From assembly GCA_013265495.1 (NCBI GenBank), contig MU057809.1, positions 1-64,000 on the forward strand: a DNA stretch of 64,000 nt. The letters are read 5' to 3'. The position numbers and the translations under genes were made by a program. How positions within the stretch are numbered: the stretch's first letter is position 1; the number at the start of each line of letters is the position of its first letter. Shown one piece after another: positions 49,792 through 62,332 of the stretch. The notes below the pieces were generated by a model. It was not told the DNA's origin and did no database searches. It worked only from the letters and a program-made list of their open reading frames with translations. This stretch comes from Vicugna vicugna (Eukaryota).

Positions 49792-49916
49792 GTGCGGCAG
49801 GCGGTGACCCGCGTGGTGGGGGATTGGCTGCTGCGCCTCCGGGACCGCTATTCCTTCTTCCACAAGCTCATCCCGCTGCTGCTGAGCAGCCTTGACGACG
49901 AGATACCTGAAATCGC
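49792..49916 (+). CDS. DNAAF5: DNAAF5 exon 3
   Basis: 125 nt, [41 protein letters not shown](A); cgcag| and GC|GTAAGT. Confidence 0.96.
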
Positions 49917-50286
49917 GTAAGTGGGGAGGCCGCCCGCGGTGCTGCACTTCCTGGCACCCACACCCTGTGTCAGGTGCTGGGCCCGCCGTGGCGTGCCTTC
50001 TGGTTCACCGGGTGTCCTGCCAGGGGATTCCCTGACTTGCCACCCCCAGCAGCTCCGTCTCTTAGGGAAGCCCCGCCCCCGCCCCTCTTCCCACGTGCTG
50101 GGAGGTCCGGTGACAGCGCTTTGCTTGGGCTCCCACAGAGCAGTCGGCCCCTTCCAGAACTGCTAGTGAGCGGCGGGCAGTGCAGAGGCCCGGCTGGCGG
50201 GCTGTCTCCGGGAGGGACTCAGCAGCCGCTCCGGGCTCCACCCGCCTCCATGGGAGCCTCCTGATGGAGTCTGTGTTGCGCTGCAG

Positions 50287-50405
50287 GCGTGAGGCGGCCA
50301 ACCTCTGGGAGAAGGTGGGCCTGCAGTGGCAGACAGAGAACGAGGAGGACCTCAAAGACAAGCTGGACTTTGCTGGCCCACCCCCCGCCCACCACCCCTC
50401 GCCAG
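50287..50405 (+). CDS. DNAAF5: DNAAF5 exon 4
   Basis: 119 nt, [39 protein letters not shown]; ctgcag| and CAG|GTGAGT. Confidence 0.96.
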
Positions 50406-52158
50406 GTGAGTCCAGCGTCAGGACATTGGTGGGGGGGTTGGAGCCCGCGCTGTGGAAAGGGTGCCCTCAGCATCGTGGGCGGGGCCGGGCTCCTGTCCTC
50501 AGCCCCTAGCGGTGCTCCGGCCTCCTCCTCTCCCCCTGGGGCCAGCTCTGCTGGGAAGAGGCTGCAGGCCTCCCTGGGTGCGTGACTCGCTCAGCTGCGG
50601 ACACTGGGCTGCTGGTCATGGCGGTGGAAATTTTGGAAATGGGCGGTGCCTTGTCATTTCACAAAAAATTTTATCTGTAAGCTTAACCCAAAGGAACAAA
50701 CAGGTACAGGAGAGGCTCTTGTGCATAACCTCCCGGCCTCCCCCCTCATGGTTCCCTGCCAGACCGCCAGCACGTGTGTGTGCATATGTGCGCGTGTGCC
50801 CATGGGCACACCTGTTTCCCCCAGCTCCTGAGTCCTCTCCCAGGTGCAGATTCAGGGACGCCCACCTGGGCCGCAGCCCCTCACACCTGTGGTCTCTTGT
50901 GTTCTGGAAACACAATCTGTCGTGGGAGTGAAGTGTGTTCAAGCTGCACTCGGCCAGGTGCCTTTATTGCTGCGGTCTGTCCACGGGTATCTTGTCACAG
51001 TGAGGTGGTGAGGAGGTGCCTGCTGGTGAGGACAGACGTGGAAAAGGTGCCCCTGGCCCCTCAGCCCTGGCCAGGGTGAAGTCAGGCTCAGATGGTGGCC
51101 CTGGAGGGGGTGCCGGGTGAAGGTCAGCTTGAGACAGGCACGCACACCTCGTCTGCACCTGGTGCCGTTTAGTTCGGGGCCAGCAGGGACCTCCTCCCCT
51201 CGTCACCTGTGAGGCCAGGGTCTTTTTTTTCCCCTTTGTTTTGTGACCTTATCTCCTCTGGTAGTGTCTTCTCCCATGGCAGACAGTAAAGGGGAAAAAG
51301 TAGAGAAAGTAATTGTTAGTAGGGTTTTTTCTGATTTAGTAAAGGTTGAGCATGCAGCATCTTTCCAAGAACGTAGAACTTAGAGAAGATACTTGTTTAT
51401 GACTCTTTTGTTAAGTACACTCTCGTTGCCTGTGGGGGACGGAGGCCTCTGAAGGGTGATTGTCACGTCGTGAGAGTGTTGTCCCTCCTCTGCTGCTCAG
51501 GGCTCACTTCTGCACTGGGGAGACGAGAAGCTGGCCTGGGGCTTCTGTGGGCCGTGTTGACGTGACAGATCTCGGCCGGGATCCGATTGGCGATTAGGAG
51601 ACAGTAGTTCTCTTTGGATGTGGCCCAGGGTGTATCCCTAACTAGTCCTGTTCTCCGCCCTCACCTGTCCCTTCACCCTAGGGGTCCCTGGGAAACCCCT
51701 CGGATGCTGATCGTGCACAGAGGACCATCCTTGTGCTGCATGGGGGCCTGTCCTGGCCAGTGTTAGGCAGACGTCGGGTCATCCTGAGCAGGTCACCCTG
51801 CAGAGAGCGAGAAGGGCCTGGGAGACGGGCACTGAGGGACACAGACCTTGCGCGTGGCAGCAGGGAGGGCAGAGTGAGGGCCCGCTGTGCACTGAGGACC
51901 ATGCGGGTGGGTGCATGATCAAGGCTTGGAGAAGGTGGTGGCCTGCGGAGCTTCGCCTCAAGTAGAGCAGGATAAACGTGGAACTGAATTGCCGTCGGAG
52001 CTACTGGTATAAGCACTGCCTTTCGTTACATTTTTGGCGTGTGTCTTTGAAATTACTTCTTTAAAATTTGAATTTTATAAGCTTTCAGATACTCTTTTCC
52101 ACACCACTTCACGTGCCAGATCCTGCCAGTCTCGCCCCAACCCTCGCTGTTGCCGGCA

Positions 52159-52250
52159 TATTGCTGGCCCCTCCCTGGGGCATCCTGGCCCATTGCTGGC
52201 CCCCCCTGGGGCATCCCGGCTCCATTGCTGGCCCCCCCGGGGCGTCCGGC
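52159..52250. repeat. ~31-32-bp tandem repeat, 3 copies
   Basis: attgctggcccctccctggggcatcctggc repeated with small changes. Confidence 0.8.
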
Positions 52251-54899
52251 CCCTCCTGTCCTGGCCCAGGCCCACTGCTGCCCCCCCCAGGACGCCCTCA
52301 GCGCTCAGACGGGCTGCTGCTTGTATTGTGACGGGACTCACACCAATAGGCTCCCCCTCAGAGGCAGAGCCGTGTGAGTTCCGACGGGCTCCTCGTCCTG
52401 TGCTGTGACCGCTGCTTCAGCTGCCGTCCGCAGACCCCACCAGGCGCCCGCGTCCTCTGTGCCGGTCCACGTCCCTTGTTACGTGTCTGCTCACATCTCT
52501 GCTCCCCGTTTTAGACTGGCTGGCTGTCCTCTTATCGGGGAGTGTCGAGAATCCATTGTACATCCAGGTGCAATGTGTTGTCAGATCTGTGTCCCCTGGC
52601 TTCTCTGGCCAGGCCGCCCTTGACGTCTCCACCTTGTGCCCGCCTGGTGGCCCTGGCAGGTGTTGGCCTCCCCCCACCGCTTGTCCTGGGGCCTCAACTC
52701 CTGCTCTCCCCCGAGAGCCCCCCACAGCACCCTCCTCCCTCTGGGTCCTGGCCTCCAGCTCACCTGGCGCTGTTTCCGCATTGAACGTTTGCTCACATCG
52801 CCTTCTGCTCTGAGAAGGCAGACTTGTCTACAGACACAGCCCTGCACCTGAGATAGGTGCGCTGGTACAGGGTCGGCCCAGTGAATTGCAGGTGAGCAGA
52901 CAGTGGTGGGTGTGTCCTCTCTTACCTGCGAGGTTGGACGGTCAGCTCGTGTGGCTGAACCTGAGCTATGAACCAATGAGGTTTGAGAAGGTGCACAGTT
53001 CACCCCACCAGATCTGCCGGAGTGCAGTGCCTCTGAGTAAGGATGGTGGGTGAGTCACCTGGACCAGAGTCCAGTCGGAGCCTGGCCTTCTTTCCCACGT
53101 GTGGCCAGAAACACGGCCCACTCACTGGAGTCTGTCCTCAGCCCTACGACATGGCACAAGTTTCCTGGAACAGCCCTGGAACCAGCTCTGCTTCTGAATC
53201 CAGGCTGCGTGTAGGGGGCTGGGAGGGACCGTTCTCAAGCCAGTGACACACTTGAACCCAGCACTCTTCTCATGTGGAAACACGGTCACGCGGGACATGG
53301 CCTCCCAGCAGTGCCTGCACCCCCTACCCACGATGCAGGGTCTCCATCTCCTCTGGACGAGGTACCTCTGGTCCCCTGTCTGCTTTTGTAAACAGCCAGA
53401 ACTGTGCTGGACCCCCGGGCTGTAGCCCCACTTTGCAAGTACACGGTACCGGGCAGACCTGCCGCAGGCTGCTTTCTGCCTACGGTTAAACCACCGTAGT
53501 CCAGTTGTGCAGCAGCTGCTGCTCCGCGTGCTCCCAACCCGCTGTGTCCATGCCTTTGTTCACTGGTGCCCACGCAGGTGTGCAGGCCGGGTGGAGAGAC
53601 AACCTCAGGATTCAAACAGGGTTATTGGGAGCAGCAGAGCTGAGGTGGGAAACACAGGTGATGGTGTCACGGGTTGGTGAGGGGCTATCGCAGGAACAGG
53701 GCAAAGGGCGGTAGACCTGCCCCTGGTCCCTGCAAGTACTGGTCGGTGCCTGAGCCATGAGGCCACCTTCTCGTGGCCTCTCACAGCTGAGCCGCAGGGA
53801 CCGGGAGACCAGCTGCCCCGAGCTCAGTGAGCTCCACGTGTGGCAGGCGGACACCCAGTGACAGGAGCACGTCACCACCATCACCCTGCGGGCCTGCACA
53901 CCAGCGGGGCCGGGGTCAGGACCGTCGCTATGCCACGTGTCCAGCTGCTCTGAGCTGTGCCACTCTGTCCTAGTTCTTTTAAGTGTTCTGGTCCTTCTCC
54001 CTGGAGAGGATGACTTCTGCTCTGAACGTCTAGTCCAGAGCAGAGGGCAGGACCCGGGGGCTCCCACAACTGAGGAAGCCCAGAGGGCCCCTCCTGCCGT
54101 TTGTCTTGATGACTGCGGCTCGGAGTCTGCACTGGGGAGAAAGGGCCTTGTTCTCCCTGAGGCCTTCCTACGCCAGCCTTCCTCCCAGAGTCCCTTGCTC
54201 CTGGGCTCTGAGCAGGGTCTCTACTTGGACCCTCAGGCCTGAGAGGCCCTGGCGCCTCGGAGCCGCCCCTCCCGGCCTGAAACGTGTCAGCGGGATTGAG
54301 GAACTGAATGTCTCATTCCTGGGTCTAGCTGCCACATGGGAAAGTGGACCTTCTGGGAAAGGCCAGACAGTAAATAGTCAGGGCTTTGCAGGCCCCAGCG
54401 GCCCAGCCCCAGACAACGGTCATGAGCGAGGTCTGCTTTACAGAAACACAGCGGGCCCGACATGGCTTCTTAGCCAGCATGCGGCCCCTGGGCAAGAAGA
54501 GCGCCACTCGTCTGCTCAGTCAAGTTCAGAAAGTGGCTTCAGAACCCCTTCCACAGTGAGGCCAGCATTTCTTTGAGAATACCTCCCAGGCTGTGTGTCC
54601 ACCTGTGAGCAGACCCTCCCCAGATGTCTTTGTTAACGTGTCCCTCACCTCGGAGACTTTCCGCAGCAGATGTGTCAGGAAGAAAATAGTATTTATTATT
54701 TGGGGGTTTATATTTTTACAAAATTACAGCAAGCTCACTTAAATAGGCAACAAAACTTGAATCTTTTGGAACTTACTCTCTCATATACCATAAAAGTAGA
54801 AAAGTAACAGGAAGAGAGATTCAGAATGGGGTCTCTAAGCCACCCTTTAAACTCTGGTACGTCATGGTTTCACTTCAATGTCTAGAGTTCTTTTGAATT

Positions 54900-56190
54900 T
54901 TTAAGGTCAAAGTCTTATCATCAAAATCCTCTAAGGCTTTTCTGCAGAAATTGAGAAACTTAACCTGAAATTCACAAGGAAATGCAAAGGACCCGGAGCC
55001 GCCCAGACTCCAGAAAAGAACAGCAGGGCTGAAGGACGAGCACTTCCTGGTCTCAAGACACAAAACCGCGGTAACCAGGACGGTGTGGAGTCTGCATGAG
55101 GACAGACGGACAGGCCAGTGGGGCAGAGTGGGGTCCAGAAACACGCACACGTGTGGACACTGAGTTTTGACAGGTGCAAAGGCAGTGCAGGGGAGGACGT
55201 CTCAGCGGCGGTGCTAGCATCTCTGGACATGCAGGCGGGGCTTGGATCCAACCTCCTCTGACGCACGAAAAGTAACCCCAGATGCTCGTGGACCTGGGTT
55301 AAACACTACACGAGAGACGGCTGATAACAGTGGTTTCGAACAGAATGAAAACTGCTGCTGCTGGAGAGGCGTTCAGAGGATGACACGACCAGCCACAGAC
55401 GGAGATGTTGGCACGTTACATGTGTGAAGACCTGTATCCAGACGCGGACTCTCAGGATCCCGTGACACAAAAACATGGTTTTTTCAGTTCAGGGCAGGAA
55501 AGGTTTGAAAAGACACCTCACTGAGGACACACAGGTGTCAGATAAGCACGTGAGAACATGCTCCAGCCCAAGGAGGTGCCACCACGCCCCCTAGAGGTTT
55601 CCGTTTGAGACTGCGCCCAGAGACCTGGTAGCGTAGCTGGCGTAGGTGAGGAACCGTGCAGCCACCTTGGGAAATGCACCGCAGTTTCTTAAATGGTTGG
55701 TTACACGCCTGCCGTGTGGTCGGCCGTGGTGTTCCTCAGCGCTCGCCCCGGAGAGGCGAGGGCAGCGTGCACACAGCCTTGTCCCTGACAGCCCACACCG
55801 GACCCAACTCGGGTGTCTGCCGGCAGGCGGACAGCCAAGCAGACTAGGCTGTCCACGCGGTGGACTACCGCTCAGCAGTGAAGAGGAATCAGTGCCCCAG
55901 CCCACTGGTCTCAGACGCTGCAGGAGAAGCTGGACAGAAGCGAGCGTGTTCTGTGCAGCCCTTGCACAGAAAGTCTAGAAGAGGCGGCTCATCTGTAGTG
56001 ACGGGAAGCAGACGGGGGCCGCCTGGGGCTGGGGGGCTTTGCACGGAGCACAGGAAACCCGTGATGGATGCATGTTACCTTGATTGCGGAGATGGCCTGC
56101 AGGTGCACCCACGTCAGAACTTAGCAAACTGCACTTCAAGCGTGTAGTTACCGTGTGTCACTCACTCCAGGATTTTGCTGTAGGAAAATT
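54900..56190 (+). mobile_element. Old LINE-1 ORF2/3' fragment
   Basis: cctgaaattcacaaggaaatgcaaaggacc...ttttgacaggtgcaaaggcagtgca...accttgattgcggagatgg. Confidence 0.7.
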
Positions 56191-56363
56191 TAAAGTCAGT
56201 TGTGACACTTTAAGGCTTCGTTTCTGCCTGAAGAGTTGTTTTGAAGTTTTAAGACCTGAAAGTAAAGCACATTCGTGTGCCTGAATGAGGAACGTGTTCT
56301 TTCCATAGACTCGCTGAGACTTTGTCTCGGTTTCAAGGTTTACTCTCCACCTTTGATCCGCAG

Positions 56364-56596
56364 GGAGCCGCCCGGGGCTGGGCTGCCGCGAGCTCGTCTT
56401 CAGAAACCTCTCCAAGATCCTTCCTGCCGTCTGTCACGACATCGGCGACTGGGTGGCGGGGACCCGGGTGAAGTCCGCGCAGCTGCTGGTGGTGCTGCTG
56501 CTCCACGCGGAGGACCACGTCACGCAGCACCTGGAGCCCGTCCTGCGCACCCTGCAGCATGCCTGCGCCGACGAGGAGCGGGCTGTGGTCAGCAGC
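56364..56596 (+). CDS. DNAAF5: DNAAF5 exon 5
   Basis: 233 nt, [77 protein letters not shown]; ccgcag| and AGC|GTGAGT. Confidence 0.96.
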
Positions 56597-57248
56597 GTGA
56601 GTGGCCGTCCCTGTAACGTAGGGGCTAGAGTCCCCTCTCAGGCCTGAGTCTGAACCTGGACAAACGTGAGCAGACGTGGGGTCGCCCCACGATAAGGTGC
56701 AGATGTTCTCGGGCCCCCGGGCTCTCCCTGGGCTCCTGCTTCGCTCGGACGGTGCCCGTGAGGAATGGCTCTTGGAGGTTACTGACTCCACTGCCATCAC
56801 GGCCTCTCCAAGCCTGAGAGGGCGATCAGCTCTGCATGTGTTCTTGTGGGGCCGAGTGCATCCCAGCATAAACGGGCCCTCCACCCTGCGAGCCCTTTAG
56901 CGACAGCTTCCGAGACCCACATGTGGCCAGGCATGCAGGGCTGCCCATGGGAGTCCAGGCCAGCGGCCGGGCCCCCCCCCAACCTGGCTCCGAGGCTTTC
57001 CCTGGCCCCTAGATGCTCGGACACAGCTGTCCCACAGGCCGGGTGGCCTGAGCATCTTCTCGGTGAAGTTCTGACGGTCGTGAGGGACACACCTGTTTTT
57101 CACCAGCACCACGAGCGCCCACCTAGAGGAGACTTTGCGCAGGGCTGTTTCTGGTGGGTGAAGCCCCATGAGGCAGACAGGCGGTGCCGAGAGCTCAGGG
57201 GCCGTGGCGGGGCACTGGCGGCCCTCAGTCTCCTGCCCTCTCCCACAG

Positions 57249-57461
57249 TGCACGAGGTCTGCGCAGCTGATCGGCACCTTCGTCAGCCCAGAGGTGTTTC
57301 TGAAGCTGATCTTGCCGACACTGAGAAAGTCGCCCTCCCCCTCCGGCCTCCTGGTCCTCGCTTCGGTCATCCAAGGCTGCCCGAGGGAGGCCCTCCGGCC
57401 TCATGTGAAGATCATCGCTGCGGAGCTGGCCCAGGCTCACATCTGCCAAGGGTCTGAAAAC
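57249..57461 (+). CDS. DNAAF5: DNAAF5 exon 6
   Basis: 213 nt, [71 protein letters not shown]; cacag| and AAC|GTAAGG. Confidence 0.96.
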
Positions 57462-59035
57462 GTAAGGAGTGTGGGAGGGGGTGGGTGGAGGGTTAACCTG
57501 CCGACGTGGTGACGAGGTCTCTGCCAGGTGCCATGTGCACGTGACCATCAGTGGTGGTCCCCACGGGCCTGCCAGGGACACGGACCGGCACGGTGGCCCG
57601 GGCTGCCCAGGATGGTCTCCTGTCTGGGGGCCTGCGTGCCTCCTGCCTGGTTCTGCTCTGTCAGACGTGCTGGCTGCTTGCACTGGGATCAAACAAGGTG
57701 CAAGTGCTGTCCTCGGCCATGTCGCGAGCACCCGGGGACCACGTGCAGCCAGAGCACGGCCATGGGGTGGGCAGCACGCTCTGCTGGACGGCGCTGCTCT
57801 GGGTGGTCTCGGGCCCAGAGAGGGCGGCACGATCGGCAGCTCTGAGGGGCCCCTCCCGCTGCCTTGAGTGCAGCTGCAGGCCTGTCACCCGTCTGTCCGT
57901 CCAGTGAACGCGGTGCAGGTACACCTCTCCCGCCATCCCCGCGACACCCGTGAATGTGATAGCTCCACAAACGTGCACTTAGAAGTTAGCCAAAGTCAGT
58001 CCTCAAAAGGTCCGCCAGTCCAGGCCTGAAAGAACTGAGCTGCGGGGAGGAAGGGTTTGAACAAAACACCAGTCGCGGCCTCTCAGGAGTCAGGACACCC
58101 AGAGTCACCCCCGGGGCCCAGGGTGTGATCCACGGTGAGTTTTTTGTTTAAACTTCGGAGATTTGTACCACTTGTGAGTGAGCCGTGGAATCTGAGCGAA
58201 GATTCAGAATTTAGAACAGTCCATCATCTTGACAAACAGTCACCATCCTTCAGGGCTCAGGTCTCCTTGGTGAAAAAGCTGAAGTGCTTTCCTCCAGTTA
58301 CTTACGTGCTCACTTATCCGTAAATCACTGTGAATCACAAACATGACCTGCCCAGCCGATTCTGTTTGTGAAAAATGGTACAGCAGCGGGTTAGGGGACG
58401 TCCTGGGCGCACGAGGAGTTCTTCCTGGGCCCCGGCCCCATCACCCTGTTCGGTGGGTGATGAGGCCGGAGCCCAGGAGGCGAGAGAGAGGTTGGCTTGA
58501 CCCAACTAGGGTGTCACCTTGTCCTCACGTCGATCAGGAGGCATCTTCTGACTTGTAGAATTTTACTTATTTTTGTTAAAGCTGAGAGTTTCAGGAACAG
58601 TCAGGTGCACGGAGCAGAGGGAAGAGCAGGGTGAGCCTCCAGCAGCGCGGCCCAGGTCCTCACGGCTCCCACCTCACTCCTTCCCTGTGACTTTCGGGCG
58701 CGGTGGGGGCAGGGGGGCGTTCCGAGCAGGTCCAGGGTACCCTGTCTTTCTACTTGTGAATTCTGCAGTGCGTGTTGCCAACACACAAAAAAGTTTTCTT
58801 TAAATGTAACTAAAACATCATTAAGCATTCAGGAAAACTACCGTGAATTTTGTGACTCTCAGTCCCAGTTGTTTTCCCTGCTGTGTGGAAGAATGCCCTT
58901 TGTGTGCTGGGCCTGACCCGGGCCTGGCGTCTGCTCGTGAGGGTACCCTGGCCATGGGCCTTGTGCTCATGGCCTCATCTGGCCCCGGAGAGGGGGGCGT
59001 GGGAGGTGGCTGACAGCATCCCGCTCTCTTCCCAG

Positions 59036-59179
59036 CTCCTCTACGGGGAGTCCCTGCTACTCTGCGTGCAGGCCGTGGTGGCCGTCAGCAGGGAGGACTG
59101 CCGGGGGTCCAGCCTGCAGCTCATGGAGGTGTTGGTGACTGTCCTGGCGCTGTGGGGGGCCACGGGCCTCGGCGACAAG
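59036..59179 (+). CDS. DNAAF5: DNAAF5 exon 7
   Basis: 144 nt, LLYGESLLLCVQAVVAVSREDCRGSSLQLMEVLVTVLALWGATGLGDK; cccag| and AAG|GTGAGG. Confidence 0.95.
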
Positions 59180-60431
59180 GTGAGGTGGGGGCACTTCCTG
59201 CTTTGCTGGGGGCACTTGGAAAGGTAGCCATCGTCCGTGATGAGTCTCTGCACTTGAATTCCAAGACTCAGGCCTACCCAACACCAAAGATGAAAGAATT
59301 CAGAATGTTCAGGACAAGTCCTCCACGACGTGGCCTTAGGGGGTACGTGGGGTTTTAGAGTCCCTCCAACTGCCAGTTACTTAGTGTCTCAGAGCGAAGA
59401 CGCCACTGGGACGTAGAGTCCGCCGCCGAGATGAGCCGTCCTCATCTGACACTTGTGCATCTGAGGAGGCGAAAAACACACACCTGCAGTGGAGTCAGGC
59501 GAGGGTGACATCGTGACTCCCCTGTGTGGCTGCCTTCCAGCTTGACGGGATTGTTGCCGTTCGCTGGCTGTGTTCAGGCTTAAAGCCTGACGTCTGACTC
59601 CCCGCGGCTGCGGGACCGTCCGGAGACCCGGTGTCCGGACGCTTCTCCCCAAGCCGAGAACTCGGTTCTCCCCGTGCTCCACCCCATAGACTCACCGGGT
59701 CCACCGGAGCCCTGTTGCTCCCTGTCAAGGAGGCTGCCCGCCTCCATCCCTGCCTTCATTGGGGCCTCCCTCAACATTGTTTCATTTCTCGCTTTCAAAA
59801 CCCTCTTCCCAGAGGGCACGTGTCTCAGCAGGCAGCTGTCACCATAGGGCCTGAAATACTAGAAAAACAGAATCTGTCGTTACAGAGGAAACTGCAGAGC
59901 AGCCCAGGCACGTCCTGTTCTAAACCCGAGGAGGAAGGCTGGAAGGTGGCGCTGGCGCACCGTCTGGTCTCCCCTCCCTGCTCCCTGTGCTCCCCCAGCA
60001 GACCTGCTGTCACTGGTGGGCTGGGCGGGGTGGAGACCTCGGCAGGGTAAGGCACAGGCTCCTCTTTGATGAACATGGGTTAAGACTGTTCACTTCCTGA
60101 AACCACCTGGTCCCCTTCCTCGCAGACTGAGCCCTGGCAGGCATGCAGCCCTCTGCCCTGCAGGAGCAGGCAGTGCCCCATCCCCCTGGGCTGCAGAAAC
60201 CGGGCAGACCTGCTGTAGGTGCACGTTTGTCCACGTGGTGACTTGCTGCACAGACAGGATGGTGTGGACAGGGCAAGCCCCCATCCGCAACCCTCATCCC
60301 CGCTTGCACCCTGTGTGCGTCGTCTGCTGTGGGCCTGAGTGGCCCCGTCTCCCTCAGATGACGAGGACGGGTGTCCAGTGGGGTCTCACCCTCAAGATCT
60401 GGTCATCCCAGCCTGTGGCTTGCCTCCCCAG

Positions 60432-60600
60432 GTGCAGGAGACCCTGGCCACGCTGGCGGCGGTGGCGAGCATGGACAGCAGCCTGGACTTGTTCCGCGAG
60501 CACACGGGCCCTCTTCTGGAGTGGCTGGCCGGCTCGCACCAGGCCTGGACCATCCACTCTGCGGAACTTCTGCAGTTCGACGTGGTGGTCACCCACTCAG
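60432..60600 (+). CDS. DNAAF5: DNAAF5 exon 8
   Basis: 169 nt, VQETLATLAAVASMDSSLDLFREHTGPLLEWLAGSHQAWTIHSAELLQFDVVVTHS; ccccag| and CAG|GTGAGC. Confidence 0.95.
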
Positions 60601-62184
60601 GTGAGCCCCTGAATCAGGTCCAAGTGCTGGTCGTGTGGTAGCTGTGGCCGGCCCATCACAGACAGAGGTTGGCACGAACCAGAAAGCCGCAGACCAGGGC
60701 CTGGTTTTTAAAGTAACTTGTGGTCACTTGTGCCTGGGGAGAACGGGTGTTTTGAGGAGCGCAACCTTAATTTTAAAAATGCCAGAAACGTATACTGGAG
60801 ACTGTGTGACGTAGGTCTGTAAAGTCTGGCCGGGCACACGTTTTCCACGTTAAATCTTGAAGGTGAGAGGTGTCAGGGCCTCTTCTGTAGCCTGTTGCCT
60901 TCACGTTTTCCTCCGCGTTATGCTGGCACTGGGTGTGTGCCTGCCCGTCACGGGCTGCGCCCGGCCTCCCCACGTCCGGCCTCTCCTGAGTGGACGATGC
61001 TGGGCCCCGTCCCAGAGGTGCAGCCCACACTGCAAAACATCACTGAGGTTTTCACTAGAAAAACACAGTGATTTGCTACCTGAAACCACTTCCCAGGTGG
61101 CTGTAAACTTGTTGAGCAAGTTAGTTTTTTCTTCACTTGTATTTAATAAAAATCCTAATTCCTCGTTAGCTGCAGACTCTGTGCCCCCTCCCCCCTCTCT
61201 GGACGTGACTCCTGTCACACAGTCATTACTCAGTGTTGTGGGGGTCCCCAGGACCATTTTGGGGTTCATCTCAGTGGCCCTGGTGCTATGAGACCTGGAG
61301 GGGTGGATCCACACTTGTTCTCTGTCATGTGTCAGCAAATCTGTGTGTCCAAATTTGGAAAGAAAACTACAGACGGTTGCCAGCAGCAAACGTCTGGAGC
61401 TGCTCTGCAGAGTCAGCTCAGGGTCCTCGCGGCTCCTCTGTGAGGCAGGAACCCTGAGCCCTGCTTCACGGACGCGCCCAAGGCCCCCCGCTCGCAGGCC
61501 ACACCACCTGGCAGTGGCAAGACTGCAGGTGGACAGCCAGCCCTCTGGCCACACGTCTTTGTCCTGCTTTGATGCCAGAGATTGAGACGATGCATCTGGA
61601 AGGACGTAGGTCTCTAACTTCTCCCAGGACGAGCAGACTGCCGTCCCCTGGAGGGTGTCAGCGGGACCATGGTCGGTTCTGGAGCACAACATCCGGCGTT
61701 GGCACAGGGCCCGACGGGGAGGGCGTCGCGTGACTCAGGTCCAGGCCCCGGAGCCTGGGGTCCGGTCACGACTGGCGAGTCTCCAGACCCCAAGGTGCGT
61801 CGCCGTATCTGGGTCCCCCTAGGCTCTGGGAGCCGCCACTTCCTCCAGGGACCAGCTGGGATGAGGACGGTGGCTGCTGACTTCAGGGGCAAATACCGAG
61901 CAGCTCACATGTGCTGAAAGATTGCTTGACGTTAGTTTTGTTAAGAATTCAGGAAAATGTAAGAAAAAGGAAGTTTACGTACTGAACAGTTAGAGCGATC
62001 TGGGGGGCTAAAGCATTCTTGTCACTTTTCTTTGACAGTCACGTCCCCATCCAGAGAGGCGGCAGCCACCATCCTGTGCGGAGAGCGTCCTTCCGGGGGC
62101 CGCGGGCGCACGTGTCGCTGCGCCCAGTGCACCCTCCTCCCACCCTCCCGCCAGGCAGGAACCGAGCTGCTGTGTGTTTTGCAG

Positions 62185-62332
62185 GCCCTGCTCTTGGGGA
62201 GGCGCTGCCCCAGCTGGTCCCTGTCCTCCAGAGCTGCCTCCAGCCAACCAGAGACCCCTCCATGCGCCTGAGACTCTTCTCCACTCTGACAGGGGTGTTG
62301 CTGCGAGCCCGGGAGACGGTCGACTCACAAGG
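62185..62332 (+). CDS. DNAAF5: DNAAF5 exon 9; gene continues beyond the right edge
   Basis: 148 nt, (G)[48 protein letters not shown](G); tttgcag| and GG|GTAGGT. Confidence 0.95.
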